From Octopus sinensis (taxonomy: Eukaryota): 64,000 bases of DNA. The translations under genes and the position numbers were made by a program. This document shows, piece after piece, positions 63,953-64,000 of the stretch (its first letter is position 1; the number at the start of each line of letters is the position of its first letter). The notes under the pieces are model-generated. The model saw only the letters and a program-made list of their open reading frames with translations. It had not been told where the DNA came from and made no database searches. The stretch is from positions 10,912,001 through 10,976,000 of the forward strand of contig NC_043005.1 of the NCBI RefSeq assembly GCF_006345805.1, read 5' to 3'.

Positions 63953-64000
63953 ATATATATTATTTCTTATGCAAGTTTAGATTTCACAAATTTCAATTTG

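Overview
AT-rich, microsatellite- and retroposon-rich animal genomic DNA. The repeat landscape is typical of octopus; this is an inference and no species can be assigned. The window holds the 3' two-thirds of one + strand gene, a LAR-family (type IIa; Lar/PTPRF/PTPRD/PTPRS-like) receptor tyrosine phosphatase. I traced 23 coding exons by hand from 3380 to the TGA at 46796-46798, all with GT-AG boundaries and consistent phases. They total 3917 nt (about 1304 codons) and encode five FN3 repeats, a membrane-proximal FN3-like region, a TM helix, an active-type PTP D1 and a pseudophosphatase-type D2. The Ig domains and first FN3 repeats lie upstream of the window. Introns are packed with three tRNA-derived SINE families, 5'-truncated RTE-type LINE 3' ends, R4/Dong-like and RTE RT relics, Tc1/mariner relics and TTAA-flanked MITEs. 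I found no confidently new biological system. The best leads are: a candidate 12-nt juxtamembrane microexon (32003-32014); a roughly 8.7 kb transposon-free, microsatellite-filled putative 3' UTR; a higher-order tandem array of a two-hairpin 60-bp module inside a LINE 3' UTR (27741-28200); inverted repeat pairs that could be ADAR substrates; a degenerate hammerhead-like motif; an 8-bp-TSD MITE; and an unexplained ~250-bp degenerate array at 60-61 kb. Repeat boundaries are approximate, and family names come from recalled motifs, not database searches.
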